NCBI GenBank assembly: GCA_027858955.1
Contig: JAQIBR010000205.1
Span: 3,845-67,844 of the forward strand
DNA from: Bacteroidales bacterium
GTDB taxonomy: Bacteria > Bacteroidota > Bacteroidia > Bacteroidales > UBA12170
Direction: 5' to 3'
Length of the DNA stretch: 64,000 nt
Shown: piece by piece, positions 28,050 to 39,285 of the stretch
How positions within the stretch are numbered: the stretch's first letter is position 1
Layout of the letters: every line of letters begins with the position of its first letter
The notes under the pieces: generated by a model
Seen by the model: only the letters and a program-made list of their open reading frames with translations
Databases searched by the model: none
What the model was told of the DNA's origin: nothing
Translations under genes and position numbers: made by a program

Positions 28050-28067
28050 TTGTTAAATAAATAACAG
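28050..28067. promoter_or_regulatory. Rex-like operator 2
   Basis: TTGTTAA-ATAA-ATAACAG. Confidence 0.5.
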
Positions 28068-28357
28068 TTATAAATAATATAAATCCAATTGCTGTTATCT
28101 ATTACTATTTATCATTACTCATGATGTAGTAGACACAAAAGTTATGGCTAAGAAAAAGAACTAAAAACTATAAGGTTTGGCAAAATGAGAATTAGGATAA
28201 AGCAATATTTTTCACATTATTCTTTTATCAAAAACTTGGACACCAGAATATTAATCAGGTTGGTGATGGGATTGTTTTAATATCCGATGAATTCAAGTTC
28301 AGATATGCTAGAAATTAAGATGATTCTTATAATCGTTTAGAAGTGTTTCTTACTTGA

Positions 28358-29233
<876 letters not shown>

Positions 29234-29321
29234 TAATTTATTTCTCTTTAAGAAGTAGAGATAAATTATAGTTGTAAAATGTTAAATACTATTTTACCTT
29301 CTATATTTGAGTAACTCCAAC

Positions 29322-30023
29322 TTATTTAGCATGCAATCCGCATTCCTTGGTTTCCGGATTTTCCCACCACCAACGACCTGCGCGTAAATCTTCACCTTCA
29401 ACTATGGCTCGCGTACAAGGCTGACAACCAACACTTGGGAAGCCTTTATCATGCAAAAGATTATATGGAACCTTATTTGTTTTTATATAATCCCAAACCT
29501 GATCTTCAGTCCAGTCAACAATAGGATTTAATTTAATTAATCCGTTTGCTTCATCCCATTCAACAACTTGAACATCAGTTCGCGTAATACTCTGATCTCT
29601 TCGCAAACCGCAAATCCAAACATCCAAGCTCTTAAAAGCACGCTTTAGCGGTTCCATTTTACGGATATGACAACATTGTTTTCTGTTTTCAATGCTTTCA
29701 AAAAACAAATTGATTCCTTTATCTTGTACCATTTTTTCAACCTGACTATAATCAGGAAAATAGATTTTAATTGAGATTTTATATCGTTTTGTTGTTCTGT
29801 CTATTAAATCATAAGTCTCAGGGAATACGCGTCCTGTATCCAAAGTGAAAATATTTGCAGACTTATCTATCTTAGAAATCATATCAATAATTACCTGATC
29901 TTCTGCACCAAGACTACTTGAAAAAGCAATTTTATCGCCAAATTTTTCAAGAAATATTTTAATGACTTCTTGTGGAGTTTTATTTTGTACAAGATTTTGT
30001 AATTCTTCAATTTGTGGCTGCAT
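29322..30023 (-). CDS. cysH: Adenylyl-sulfate/PAPS reductase (4Fe-4S type)
   Basis: SSSLGAED, LDTG, CCHIRK, GCQPCT, ECGLH. Confidence 0.92.
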   Translation of the reverse strand: MQPQIEELQNLVQNKTPQEVIKIFLEKFGDKIAFSSSLGAEDQVIIDMISKIDKSANIFTLDTGRVFPETYDLIDRTTKRYKISIKIYFPDYSQVEKMVQDKGINLFFESIENRKQCCHIRKMEPLKRAFKSLDVWICGLRRDQSITRTDVQVVEWDEANGLIKLNPIVDWTEDQVWDYIKTNKVPYNLLHDKGFPSVGCQPCTRAIVEGEDLRAGRWWWENPETKECGLHAK

Positions 30024-30221
30024 ATAGTTTTAAATTTATTTAATCAGCAAATATAAACTATTTCCATTTTTTTCTGCCTGCGAAATATCAACATAATTTG
30101 AATAGAAAGACTTAAATAAAAACAAACATAATTAAAAATAGGCTGTTAACAAGATTTCAGTAAATGGGATTATCAAACTTAAGTTGTATGTAATTTCGTT
30201 GGAAATAAACTCTAAAGCTTG

Positions 30222-31601
30222 ATGTACATTCATTTTATTGCCATTGGGGGAGCAGCTATGCATAATTTGGCAATTGCTTTGCATTTAAAAGGAAATATTG
30301 TAACGGGTTCCGATGATGAAATATTTGAACCTTCAGAATCACGTTTATCTAAATATGATTTATTGCCCAAAGAATTTGGTTGGTTTCCCGAGAAGCTTTC
30401 TGATAAAACAGATGCTGTGATATTAGGAATGCATGCTAGAGAAGATAATCCAGAACTTCAGAGAGCAAAGGAATTAAATTTGTCCATTTATTCTTACCCT
30501 GAATATCTTTTTGAACAATCGAAAAATAAAATAAGAGTAGTTATTGGTGGAAGTCATGGAAAAACAACAATTACGGCAATGGTTCTTCATGTTCTTCAAC
30601 AATTAGGACATGCTCCTGATTATATGGTCGGCTCTAAACTCGATGGCTTTGAAGTGATGGTACGCTTATCGGAAGAATCAAAAATTATGGTTCTTGAAGG
30701 AGATGAATATCTGAGTTCTCCAATTGATCACCGTCCAAAATTTCATCTATATAAACCTAATATTGCTTTATTGAGCGGAATCGCCTGGGATCATATGAAT
30801 GTGTTCCCAACATTTGAAAATTATATTGAGCAGTTTAAGACATTTATCGATTTAATCGAAGAAAATGGAATATTGGTTTACTCGGCAAACGATAAGAATG
30901 TTATGGAGCTAGCAGATGGTAGGAGAGATACTATAACTGCTTTTCCGTATCGAGGATGTGACTCTTTAATTAAAAAAGGACAAACTTTTATTGTTTTTGA
31001 AGCCAAACGTTATCCTTTGCAAGTATTTGGGGAGCATAATTTGCAGAATATAAATGGGGCACGTTGGGTATGTCAGGCTCTAGGTGTAAGGCCTATTGAA
31101 TTTTTCAATGCAATCACTTCCTTTTCAGGTACTTCAAACCGTTTAGAGTTAATTGCTAAAAATGAAAAAACAATTATTTATAAAGATTTTGCACATTCTC
31201 CGTCAAAATTAAAAGCAACCACATCAGCTGTTAAAGAGCAATTTGAAGAAACGAAATTATTGGCTTGTATGGAATTGCACACTTTTAGCAGCTTAAACAA
31301 GGCCTTTCTTTCTCAGTATGCAGGTGCTATGGATAATGCTGATATTCCAATTGTTTACTATAATCCTAAGACACTTGAACATAAAAAACTACCTCCAATT
31401 TCTATTGCAGAAATAAAATTAGCTTTTACAAATGATCAATTAGAAGTATTTACCGATACCATTCAACTTCAAGAATTTTTATTTAAACAAAATTGGCAAA
31501 ATATGAATTTGCTTTTAATGAGTTCGGGTAATTTTGGTGGAATGGATTATAATGCAATAGCTAATGAAATTTTAGGTACTGAAATGAATAGTGATCACTA
31601 G
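30222..31601 (+). CDS. mpl: Murein peptide ligase Mpl / MurC-like
   Basis: HFIAIGGAAM, GSHGKTT, LEGDEY, DFAHSP. Confidence 0.85.
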   Translation: MYIHFIAIGGAAMHNLAIALHLKGNIVTGSDDEIFEPSESRLSKYDLLPKEFGWFPEKLSDKTDAVILGMHAREDNPELQRAKELNLSIYSYPEYLFEQSKNKIRVVIGGSHGKTTITAMVLHVLQQLGHAPDYMVGSKLDGFEVMVRLSEESKIMVLEGDEYLSSPIDHRPKFHLYKPNIALLSGIAWDHMNVFPTFENYIEQFKTFIDLIEENGILVYSANDKNVMELADGRRDTITAFPYRGCDSLIKKGQTFIVFEAKRYPLQVFGEHNLQNINGARWVCQALGVRPIEFFNAITSFSGTSNRLELIAKNEKTIIYKDFAHSPSKLKATTSAVKEQFEETKLLACMELHTFSSLNKAFLSQYAGAMDNADIPIVYYNPKTLEHKKLPPISIAEIKLAFTNDQLEVFTDTIQLQEFLFKQNWQNMNLLLMSSGNFGGMDYNAIANEILGTEMNSDH

Positions 31602-31622
31602 TTTAAATTTTCTTAAAAGAAA

Positions 31623-31653
31623 AAACCGCTAATTCATTATAAATTAGCGGTTT
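31623..31653. terminator. Bidirectional hairpin between convergent mpl and rho
   Basis: AAACCGCTAATT-7nt-AATTAGCGGTTT, a 12-bp perfect stem. Confidence 0.75.
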
Positions 31654-31672
31654 AATGTTAAAATAAATTGAT

Positions 31673-33487
31673 TTAACTATTCATTGAAATTAAAAATTCT
31701 TCGTTACTTTTCGTATATGTAATCTTGTCTTTTATAAACTCCATAGCTTCGATAGGATTCATATCGGCTAAATGGTTTCTTAAAATCCATACCCTTTGCA
31801 ATATTTCTTTATCTACGAGTAAATCATCGCGTCGTGTACTTGATGCAACAATATCAATTGCGGGGAAAATCCTTTTATTTGATAATTTTCTATCGAGTTG
31901 AAGCTCCATATTTCCTGTTCCCTTAAATTCTTCAAAAATAACTTCATCCATTTTTGATCCAGTATCGATTAGAGCAGTTGCTATAATAGTTAAGGAGCCA
32001 CCATTTTCGATTTGGCGAGCGGCACCAAAGAAGCGTTTTGGCTTTTGAAGTGCATTAGCCTCAACACCACCTGACAATACTTTTCCTGAAGAAGGACTTA
32101 CAGTATTATAAGCACGTGCAAGCCGTGTAATAGAATCTAATAAAATTACCACATCATGACCACATTCAACCATTCGTTTTGCTTTTTCTAAAACGATATT
32201 GGCAATTTTTACGTGTCGATCAGCAGGTTCGTCAAAAGTAGAAGCAATAACTTCGGCTCTTACACTTCGCTGCATATCAGTAACTTCCTCAGGACGCTCA
32301 TCGATAAGCAATATCATCAAATAAGCTTCAGGATGATTGGCAGCAATTGCATTAGCAACATCTTTTAAGAGCACTGTTTTACCTGTTTTAGGTTGTGCCA
32401 CAATTAAACCTCGCTGGCCTTTTCCGATAGGAGAAAATAAATCAATCATTCTGGCAGAAATATTTTCTTCAGCATGACCAGTTAAATTAAATTTCTTGTT
32501 TGGGAAAAGAGGAGTGAGGAAATCAAAAGGTATTCTATCTCGTGCATCTTCGGGAAGTTTGCCATTGATATAGCTAACCTTAATTAAAGGGAAGTATTTT
32601 TCACCCTCTTTCGGTGGGCGAATACTGCCTTCAATGTTGTCACCGGTTTTTAATCCGAAAAGCTTAATTTGAGATTGCGAAACATAAATATCATCTGGAG
32701 AATTAAGATAATGATAATCAGACGAACGGAGAAAACCATAACCATCGGGCATAATTTCTAAAACGCCTTCACTACTTATAATTCCTTCGATTTCATACGT
32801 AAATTTAGGTTTTTCAACTTGCTGTTTAACTATACGTTCTGGTCGTACATTGGGTTTTTCTATCTTCTTTTCTTTCGATTCTACTTTATCGTCAGAAATC
32901 TTAATTGCTTGCTTTATTTCTTCTTGTTTCTCAGCAACTGATTCCGAAACAGGTACTTCTTTTGTAAGCTCAGGAGAAACATTTTTTTGTTCAGCTAATT
33001 CTTCTACATCTTTGGCAACAGGTTCAACTTTCCTACGACCTCTTGGGCGCGGGTTTGGTTTTGGCCTTTTTGTGGGAGCAACTTTCTCTAGTTTTTCTGA
33101 AGTTTCATCAACTTCTTTTTTAGGAACGTCTTCCTTTATAATTGAAGATTTAGTATTTTGAGTTTCTCTCGTCTTATTTGCTTCTTTTTTTGCTTGAGGT
33201 TCTTTTGCTGCTTTTGAATCAGTCTTGTCTTTTGTTGGAATTTTAGATGGAATAGATGATCCTTCTGGCTTCTTTTGGATCCGTTGTCTCTTTTCACGGA
33301 TGTTTTTCTTAGCATCTTTTTTTTCTTTTTCCAGAATATCGATGCTAGGGTTAAGAGCTTGCTGATCCAGAATTTTGTAAATCAAATCTTGCTTTGGCAG
33401 CTTTTCGAACTTGGGAACATTTAGTTCTTTTGCAATTTCTTTCAATTCGGGATGTTGCTTCCCATTGAGTTCAATAATATCGTACAT
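31673..33487 (-). CDS. rho: Transcription termination factor Rho with a long N-terminal insertion
   Basis: [44 protein letters not shown]. Confidence 0.97.
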   Translation of the reverse strand: MYDIIELNGKQHPELKEIAKELNVPKFEKLPKQDLIYKILDQQALNPSIDILEKEKKDAKKNIREKRQRIQKKPEGSSIPSKIPTKDKTDSKAAKEPQAKKEANKTRETQNTKSSIIKEDVPKKEVDETSEKLEKVAPTKRPKPNPRPRGRRKVEPVAKDVEELAEQKNVSPELTKEVPVSESVAEKQEEIKQAIKISDDKVESKEKKIEKPNVRPERIVKQQVEKPKFTYEIEGIISSEGVLEIMPDGYGFLRSSDYHYLNSPDDIYVSQSQIKLFGLKTGDNIEGSIRPPKEGEKYFPLIKVSYINGKLPEDARDRIPFDFLTPLFPNKKFNLTGHAEENISARMIDLFSPIGKGQRGLIVAQPKTGKTVLLKDVANAIAANHPEAYLMILLIDERPEEVTDMQRSVRAEVIASTFDEPADRHVKIANIVLEKAKRMVECGHDVVILLDSITRLARAYNTVSPSSGKVLSGGVEANALQKPKRFFGAARQIENGGSLTIIATALIDTGSKMDEVIFEEFKGTGNMELQLDRKLSNKRIFPAIDIVASSTRRDDLLVDKEILQRVWILRNHLADMNPIEAMEFIKDKITYTKSNEEFLISMNS

Positions 33488-33582
33488 TATGATTGTTTAA
33501 ATATTTTTAATTGTATTTGAGGTAACTTACAGAAATTGGTAAATTGAATTTTCTTGAAATATAAGTTGGGATAATTGAAAAG

Positions 33583-33590
33583 CAAATGTA
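33583..33590 (-). promoter_or_regulatory. Bacteroidota -7 element for rho
   Basis: TACATTTG on the minus strand. Confidence 0.55.
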
Positions 33591-33645
33591 CAACAAATAC
33601 AATACAAAAATGTAAAAAAATTTATTTCTATAAAATAAATGCCTG

Positions 33646-33653
33646 TATCTTTG
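33646..33653 (+). promoter_or_regulatory. Bacteroidota -7 element for the DUF4293 gene
   Basis: TATCTTTG, 20 bp before ATG 33674. Confidence 0.6.
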
Positions 33654-33673
33654 TATATAAAATTTTTAGTAAT

Positions 33674-34156
33674 ATGATTCAACGAATTCAATCTGTGTTT
33701 CTATCGCTAGCTTCTATTGCTGGTATTCTAATGCTTATCCCTTTCGAGAAAATGCCTCTTGCTAAGTTCTATGGTGAAATGTATAGCTTACATCTTCATA
33801 GCTTATATCTAGAGAATCTTATTCCAGGAGAAATAAGCCCATTTAATGAATATTTTACATTGCCTTTATTTGCAGGACTTGTTTTAATTACAGTTATTTC
33901 TCTCATTTCCATATTTTTGTATAAAAATCGTTCTATGCAAATGTTGTTTATCAAAATTAACATTTTTATTTCAATAATTGTTCTAGGCGGATTCTTTTTT
34001 GGCTACATAAATGCCATAGAAGATAAATTAGGAGTACAAGCCATTTACAATTATAACAGCTTTTTACCAGCTCTTATCTTATTATTTTTGGTATTGGCAT
34101 TTAGGAGTGTAAAAAAAGACGATAAGCTTGTAAAATCAATGGATAGAATACGTTAG
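33674..34156 (+). CDS. DUF4293 family membrane protein
   Basis: MIQRIQSVFL... and ...KKDDKLVKSMDRIR termini are typical of the family. Start moved to ATG 33674. Confidence 0.85.
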   Translation: MIQRIQSVFLSLASIAGILMLIPFEKMPLAKFYGEMYSLHLHSLYLENLIPGEISPFNEYFTLPLFAGLVLITVISLISIFLYKNRSMQMLFIKINIFISIIVLGGFFFGYINAIEDKLGVQAIYNYNSFLPALILLFLVLAFRSVKKDDKLVKSMDRIR

Positions 34157-34158
34157 CA

Positions 34159-34653
34159 TCAATTACGTGGAGCATCAAACACTTCCAAATCATCAATTCT
34201 GTTTCCTTCAATTTTAAATCGTAACAATGTTACTCGTTGATGAATCCCTTGTATTCCTGCTGCTCCAGGGTTCATATGAAGTAAGTTAAGTGAATGGTCA
34301 TTCATCACTTTGAGTATATGTGAGTGACCACTAATAAAAAGTTTTATCTTCTCATTTTTGATTATTTTTTTTATTCCCGAATGATAGCGGCCGGGATAAC
34401 CTCCAATATGAGTTATCATCACTTTGACATCCTCACAAAAAAATATTTCTGTTTGTTTTAGTTGTGCCCTTAGTTCAATTCCATCAATATTTCCAAAAAC
34501 GGCTCTAACAGGTTTAAATTTAATTAAGCGATTTAGAATCTCTGAATTACCAATATCTCCAGCATGCCAAATCTCATCAACATCTTTTAAAAAGTTTTCC
34601 AACTTAGGATGATAGTAGGAGTGGGTATCTGAAAGTAAGCCAATAGATTTCAC
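34159..34653 (-). CDS. Metallophosphoesterase (YfcE/calcineurin-like)
   Basis: LSDTH, HAGDIG, VFGNID, GHSH, NPGAAG. Start at GTG 34653 is inferred. Confidence 0.88.
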   Translation of the reverse strand: MKSIGLLSDTHSYYHPKLENFLKDVDEIWHAGDIGNSEILNRLIKFKPVRAVFGNIDGIELRAQLKQTEIFFCEDVKVMITHIGGYPGRYHSGIKKIIKNEKIKLFISGHSHILKVMNDHSLNLLHMNPGAAGIQGIHQRVTLLRFKIEGNRIDDLEVFDAPRN

Positions 34654-34768
34654 AGAATGAGATTTATATGCAAATCTAAATAGTTTGCACTTCAAAAAAA
34701 AATCAATAAAATAGAATAAAATGGCAATCTGGCATAATTCTTGGATTTTCACAGCAAAATTCGAAGCT

Positions 34769-36016
34769 ATGTTTAAAAAGATTTTTTTATTATCGGTATT
34801 TGTAGCTATTCTATCATCTTGCGCTACACATAAATATTCACAAATTAATCATTCAAAATTTTATCAGGAAGATTACCCTGGTAATGTATTCAAATCAAAA
34901 GTATTTAACACCAATGATAGTATCTCAGAGCTATTTATTCAAGTCGATTTAAACGCTTTAGCAGTACTAAGCGGTGAATCAAAAGAGGAAGTTGTAAAAA
35001 ATTACGTGTTCGATTATAGTTTTATCGAAGGCGAAAAGGAAAAAGAAGTCCTTCAAGTTGGTCGAATTAATTTGGTTTACAGTCCAGGCAATAGTGAAAA
35101 TTATAAATTCTTCAAAATAAAATTGCGTACTCAAGCAAGCGGCTCTTATGTATTGTTTGCTAACGTTGAGGACAAATTGGCCACAAAGGCTTTCGTCTCA
35201 AGGATTAATATATTAAAAGGTGTCCCAAATTCTGAAGAGAATTTTATGCTTTTAAATGATGATGGAAGTATTCATTGGGATAACTTTGCAAGAGGCGACG
35301 AAAAACTAAGCATAAAAGTAAGCGATCTTTCAATAAAAGAATTATTTATCAGTTGGTATCCTCCAAAATTTTCACCTGCTGTTGTACCTTTTGATCCTGT
35401 AAAACCAAATGAGTTAAAGACATTGGAAAGCACAGAACCTTTTAAAATTGATATTATTAATGGCAAATCTGCTCCATTGGCATTTAAAGATTTGGGAGTA
35501 TATCTTTTTCATTTAAAAGCTGATGAAAAACGCGGTTTTAGTGTGTTTAAATTTTTCGGTGAGTTTCCATATGTAGCTACAGATGCGCAGCGCCTATTTA
35601 CACTGCGTTATTTAAATCCTCGATGGGAATTTGAAGAATTGATGGGAATGGAGCCTAAAATGGCAGTTGATGAATTCTGGTATTTTAAATCGCGCAAGCA
35701 AGAAAGAAGCGATGATATGATGCGCACATATTATAGTCGTGTTCAACGTGCAAATGAACTTTTTACTTCATACAAAGAAGGCTGGAAAACTGATAGAGGA
35801 ATGATTTTTATGATCTATGGTTCGCCTGATAAAGTATATAAATTTAAAGACAGAGAAATTTGGGAATATGGTCATGATGCATTCTATAGTGGATTGCGAT
35901 TCTCATTTAAAAGAATAGACAATCCATTCAGTCAAAACGATTTTAGATTATTCCGTCAACCACATTACGAGATCAGTTGGCAAGGTATTGTAGATAATTG
36001 GCGAACAGATATTTAA
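34769..36016 (+). CDS. GWxTD domain lipoprotein
   Basis: Lipobox ILSSC and EGWKTDRGMIFMIYGSPD. Confidence 0.85.
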   Translation: MFKKIFLLSVFVAILSSCATHKYSQINHSKFYQEDYPGNVFKSKVFNTNDSISELFIQVDLNALAVLSGESKEEVVKNYVFDYSFIEGEKEKEVLQVGRINLVYSPGNSENYKFFKIKLRTQASGSYVLFANVEDKLATKAFVSRINILKGVPNSEENFMLLNDDGSIHWDNFARGDEKLSIKVSDLSIKELFISWYPPKFSPAVVPFDPVKPNELKTLESTEPFKIDIINGKSAPLAFKDLGVYLFHLKADEKRGFSVFKFFGEFPYVATDAQRLFTLRYLNPRWEFEELMGMEPKMAVDEFWYFKSRKQERSDDMMRTYYSRVQRANELFTSYKEGWKTDRGMIFMIYGSPDKVYKFKDREIWEYGHDAFYSGLRFSFKRIDNPFSQNDFRLFRQPHYEISWQGIVDNWRTDI

Positions 36017-36064
36017 TTTTTGTTTTGGATGAAGACAATTGTACTTTTGCAAAAAAGTATTTAG

Positions 36065-36805
36065 ATGGAGAATCAACAGATGATCTTTGGCCTCAGAGCA
36101 ATAATTGAGGTCATTCAAGACGGAAAAGAAATAGATAAAATTTTTATACAAAGAGGATTAAGGGGAGAGCTCTATTCAGAGCTCTTTCACCTTATCAAAG
36201 AGCACGATGTACCTTATGCCCTTGTTCCCATAGAAAAACTAAATCGTTTTACGCGGAAAAACCATCAAGGTGTTGTTGCCTTAATTTCTGCTATAACTTA
36301 TCATAAAATTGAGCAACTTTTGCCAACTCTTTATGAACAAGGGAAAACACCTTTTATCTTGGTTTTAGATAGAGTTACCGATGTCCGTAATTTTGGAGCA
36401 TTAGCAAGAACAGCTGAATGTGCTGGAGTAGATGCAATTCTAATTCCTGCTAGAGGCGGAGCTTCGATTAATGCTGATGCCATTAAAACTTCAGCAGGAG
36501 CTTTGCATAAAATTCCTGTTTGCAGAGCACAATATTTGCAGGATGATTTAAAATATTTAAAAGAAAGCGGATTGAAAATTGTCGGCGTATCAGAAAAAGC
36601 TGAAAAAGCCTATTATGAAGAAACTTATCCCGGCCCGATAGCATTAGTACTCGGATCTGAAGAAGACGGTATTTCGCAAGCTTATATTCCGTTATTAGAT
36701 GATTTTGTAACAATTCCTATGCTTGGAACTATAGGATCATTAAATGTTAGTGTCGCAGGTGGGATTTTAATGTTTGAAGTAAGCAAACAAAGGTTAAATT
36801 CTTAA
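36065..36805 (+). CDS. rlmB: 23S rRNA (Gm2251) 2'-O-methyltransferase
   Basis: NHQGVVA, DVRNFGALAR, GSEEDG, SLNVSVA (SpoU fold). Confidence 0.92.
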   Translation: MENQQMIFGLRAIIEVIQDGKEIDKIFIQRGLRGELYSELFHLIKEHDVPYALVPIEKLNRFTRKNHQGVVALISAITYHKIEQLLPTLYEQGKTPFILVLDRVTDVRNFGALARTAECAGVDAILIPARGGASINADAIKTSAGALHKIPVCRAQYLQDDLKYLKESGLKIVGVSEKAEKAYYEETYPGPIALVLGSEEDGISQAYIPLLDDFVTIPMLGTIGSLNVSVAGGILMFEVSKQRLNS

Positions 36806-38766
36806 GAATTTCTGCCTAAATCCTTAAAGGCTTTTAATAAAATTTGCAAATCGTTTTTCAATTTATAATCCTGAGAATACATTAAGTTCAGTCTTGCTGA
36901 TATATCAGTGGAAATTTCTTTATCAGGAAATGCATCTTTGGGAAACAAAATTCCTTTCTTGATTGATGGTAGTTTTTCATTTGAAAAATAAGCGTTTTTA
37001 TCATATCCAATCCAACTATTAAAGCCTAAAAGCACCGAAAATAAATTTGAGAAAAATAATTTTTTTCGTTTGACGAATAATATGCAAATCGGGCTAAAAA
37101 TCAAAAGGATTAATGCCGATATAAAATCGAATAATCTTTTTGCTCTTTTATTATTTGGCTTTAGAATCCCGTCAATATCAATCATATATAAATTACCTGC
37201 CTGAGAAATACTTTGGCTTCCGATAATAGCGGAGCTTTTATGAGGCGCAATTTTGAAAGCAAGTTTGGCAGAGTTTAAACGCGTCATATGACGAATAATT
37301 TCTGAAGCATCCAAACTGTCGGAGCAAAAAACCAGTTCACTGATTCCATAAATGGTAATCAAATCTCCCAATTGCTTTATATCGCCAATTACTCCTTCTT
37401 GAAATTGGTCAACTTCAATGGAATTAACCAATCCAATAAATCCGGGAGAATAAGGAGTATTCCGAATCAATTCTGCAACTCTTCGAGTTTCTTTAATATC
37501 ACCGATAATAGCAATTCGCTTTTCCCTGATTTTATTTTGAGTAAAATCATTAATTTTTAAAATACCTAAAACCCATCTCAATAAACCCAATGAAAACATT
37601 GCCCAAATTGTGCTGAATAAAATAATTGCGCGACTAAAGCGTAGTGATTCAGGCAATAAAGCATAAATCACCAAAATAATCAGAGTTCCCAAACCAATTC
37701 CTTTAATACTTTTCCAAACACTAAAGGGTCGATCGTAAGCACCGCTTAGCAAAGCTGATAACATCCAAATTAAAATATAAGTCGGTAAAACATAAACAAC
37801 ATAATACCAAGGGTAAGCATCTACAGTTAAATATGTTTTCTCCCAATAATTTTGTATAAAATAAATTCCGGCATAAAGCAGAACTATTTCAATTATAGGA
37901 AGATATATTTTTTGAATAAAACGTGAGATAATCGCAATTGATGCTCTTGCATAAATAGCGATATTGATTAAAAATTGGAACAAACGGGCATGTTTATAAG
38001 AAAAATGTTTTTGAGCAAACAAAATCATGGCTCTATAAAAAATATACACATAATTGACACTGCTTTTTTTTGTGCTTTCGCCTTTAAAATGAATAATACT
38101 TGTTTTTGGAAAATAAATGTTTTTATATCCTGCCTTTTTTATTCGATAGGAAAGGTCGATATCTTCACCATACATAAAAAAGCGTTCGTCAAGCACGCCA
38201 ATTTCATTCAATACTTTTTTTGGTATCAGCATAAATGCACCGGCCAAAACATCTACTTCATGAATTTCATCTTTGTTAAAAAAGCCCAAATGATATCTTC
38301 CGAATATCTTGGACTTAGGGAATAATTTAGCTAAGCCGAATATTTTGTAAAAAGCAACTTGCGGAGTAGGTAAACCGCGTTTTGATTCTGCTAGAAAGTT
38401 TCCTTTTCCATCGAGCATTTTTACTCCTAAGCCACCGGTCTCAGGATTTTCATCAATATAAGTGAGCACTTTGTGGAAGGTATCTTCTTCAACTATTGTA
38501 TCAGGATTTAGCAAAAGAATATAGTCTCCTGCCGATTTTTTAATTGCTTGATTATTAGCAATAGCAAAGCCCACATTTTCTTTATTCAAAATTAAATTGA
38601 CTTTCGGGAATTTGCTTTTCAACATTCGAACAGAATAATCGACAGAATTATTATCGACTACCCAAATTTCACTATCAATGTCTGATAAAGCTTTTTCAAC
38701 TGACAACAGGCATTGCTCCAAAAAGAATTCTACATTATAATTGACAATGATTACAGATAGTTTCAT
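36802..38766 (-). CDS. Glycosyltransferase family 2 with C-terminal membrane and Rossmann-like domains
   Basis: IIVNYN, VVDNNS, LLNPDT, FMYGEDID, followed by TM helices. Confidence 0.85.
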   Translation of the reverse strand: MKLSVIIVNYNVEFFLEQCLLSVEKALSDIDSEIWVVDNNSVDYSVRMLKSKFPKVNLILNKENVGFAIANNQAIKKSAGDYILLLNPDTIVEEDTFHKVLTYIDENPETGGLGVKMLDGKGNFLAESKRGLPTPQVAFYKIFGLAKLFPKSKIFGRYHLGFFNKDEIHEVDVLAGAFMLIPKKVLNEIGVLDERFFMYGEDIDLSYRIKKAGYKNIYFPKTSIIHFKGESTKKSSVNYVYIFYRAMILFAQKHFSYKHARLFQFLINIAIYARASIAIISRFIQKIYLPIIEIVLLYAGIYFIQNYWEKTYLTVDAYPWYYVVYVLPTYILIWMLSALLSGAYDRPFSVWKSIKGIGLGTLIILVIYALLPESLRFSRAIILFSTIWAMFSLGLLRWVLGILKINDFTQNKIREKRIAIIGDIKETRRVAELIRNTPYSPGFIGLVNSIEVDQFQEGVIGDIKQLGDLITIYGISELVFCSDSLDASEIIRHMTRLNSAKLAFKIAPHKSSAIIGSQSISQAGNLYMIDIDGILKPNNKRAKRLFDFISALILLIFSPICILFVKRKKLFFSNLFSVLLGFNSWIGYDKNAYFSNEKLPSIKKGILFPKDAFPDKEISTDISARLNLMYSQDYKLKNDLQILLKAFKDLGRNS

Positions 38767-38930
38767 AAGTTTTGCAAATTCATTTAAGAAAGCGAAATTT
38801 ATTCCAGACGTTTATTAATAATGCCTTTACTTAAAAATTATTGTTTTAATCAATTTATTCAGTCTAAAAATTAATACGAATAGGTTTTCATGCTTGAGTT
38901 TGCTACGAAAAGTCTGAAAATGTGAAAACA

Positions 38931-39144
38931 GTCCTAAAAGGACTGAATTTGAATAACCGTGGGCATAGCCCACGGAAAAATGAAAGACAATCCATCAAAC
39001 CTGAAAGGGTTGAACATTAACAAATTAGAAGTTCAACCCTTTCAGGGTTGTGATTTCAATTTCGCATATTTCCCACCGGTTCCACCAGTGGTTATTCAAG
39101 TTTATCCCTTCGGGATAATCTATTTACTTTTCGGAGTGGACTCA
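38931..39144 (+). repeat. REP/REPIN-like palindromic element, copy A (214 bp)
   Basis: Modules GTCCTAAAAGGAC, CCGTGGG..CCCACGG, CCTGAAAGGGTTGAA/TTCAACCCTTTCAGG, ATCCCTTCGGGAT. It is collinear with 53647-53911. Confidence 0.85.
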
Positions 39145-39173
39145 TACTTAACTCTTTTAATTTCTTTTTGTTA

Positions 39174-39247
39174 TTTGGTGAATTAGTGTTTTAGTCGCCA
39201 ATTTTTATTCGACACTAAAGCACAAAAGCACCAAAAAAGGCACTAAT
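39174..39247. repeat. Periodic inverted heptamer array (8-nt period)
   Basis: TTTGGTG/ATTAGTG/TTTAGTC at 39174, 39182, 39190 and CACTAAA/CACAAAA/CACCAAA/CACTAAT at 39213, 39221, 39229, 39241. Confidence 0.65.
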
Positions 39248-39285
39248 TTTTATACTGAGGCAATTTAAAAAAGAAATGTGGATTA

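Noticed and set aside
28180-28357. Stop-interrupted frame (..HQNINQVGDGIVLISDEFKFRYARN..) just before the icd remnant
   Set aside because: It has a faint resemblance to a PAS-domain start but is too short and degraded to call without a search.
38959-39186. 75-aa ORF (and the similar 116-aa ORF at 53578-53928)
   Set aside because: Both lie in the REPIN-like repeat; their shared peptide simply reflects the DNA repeat.
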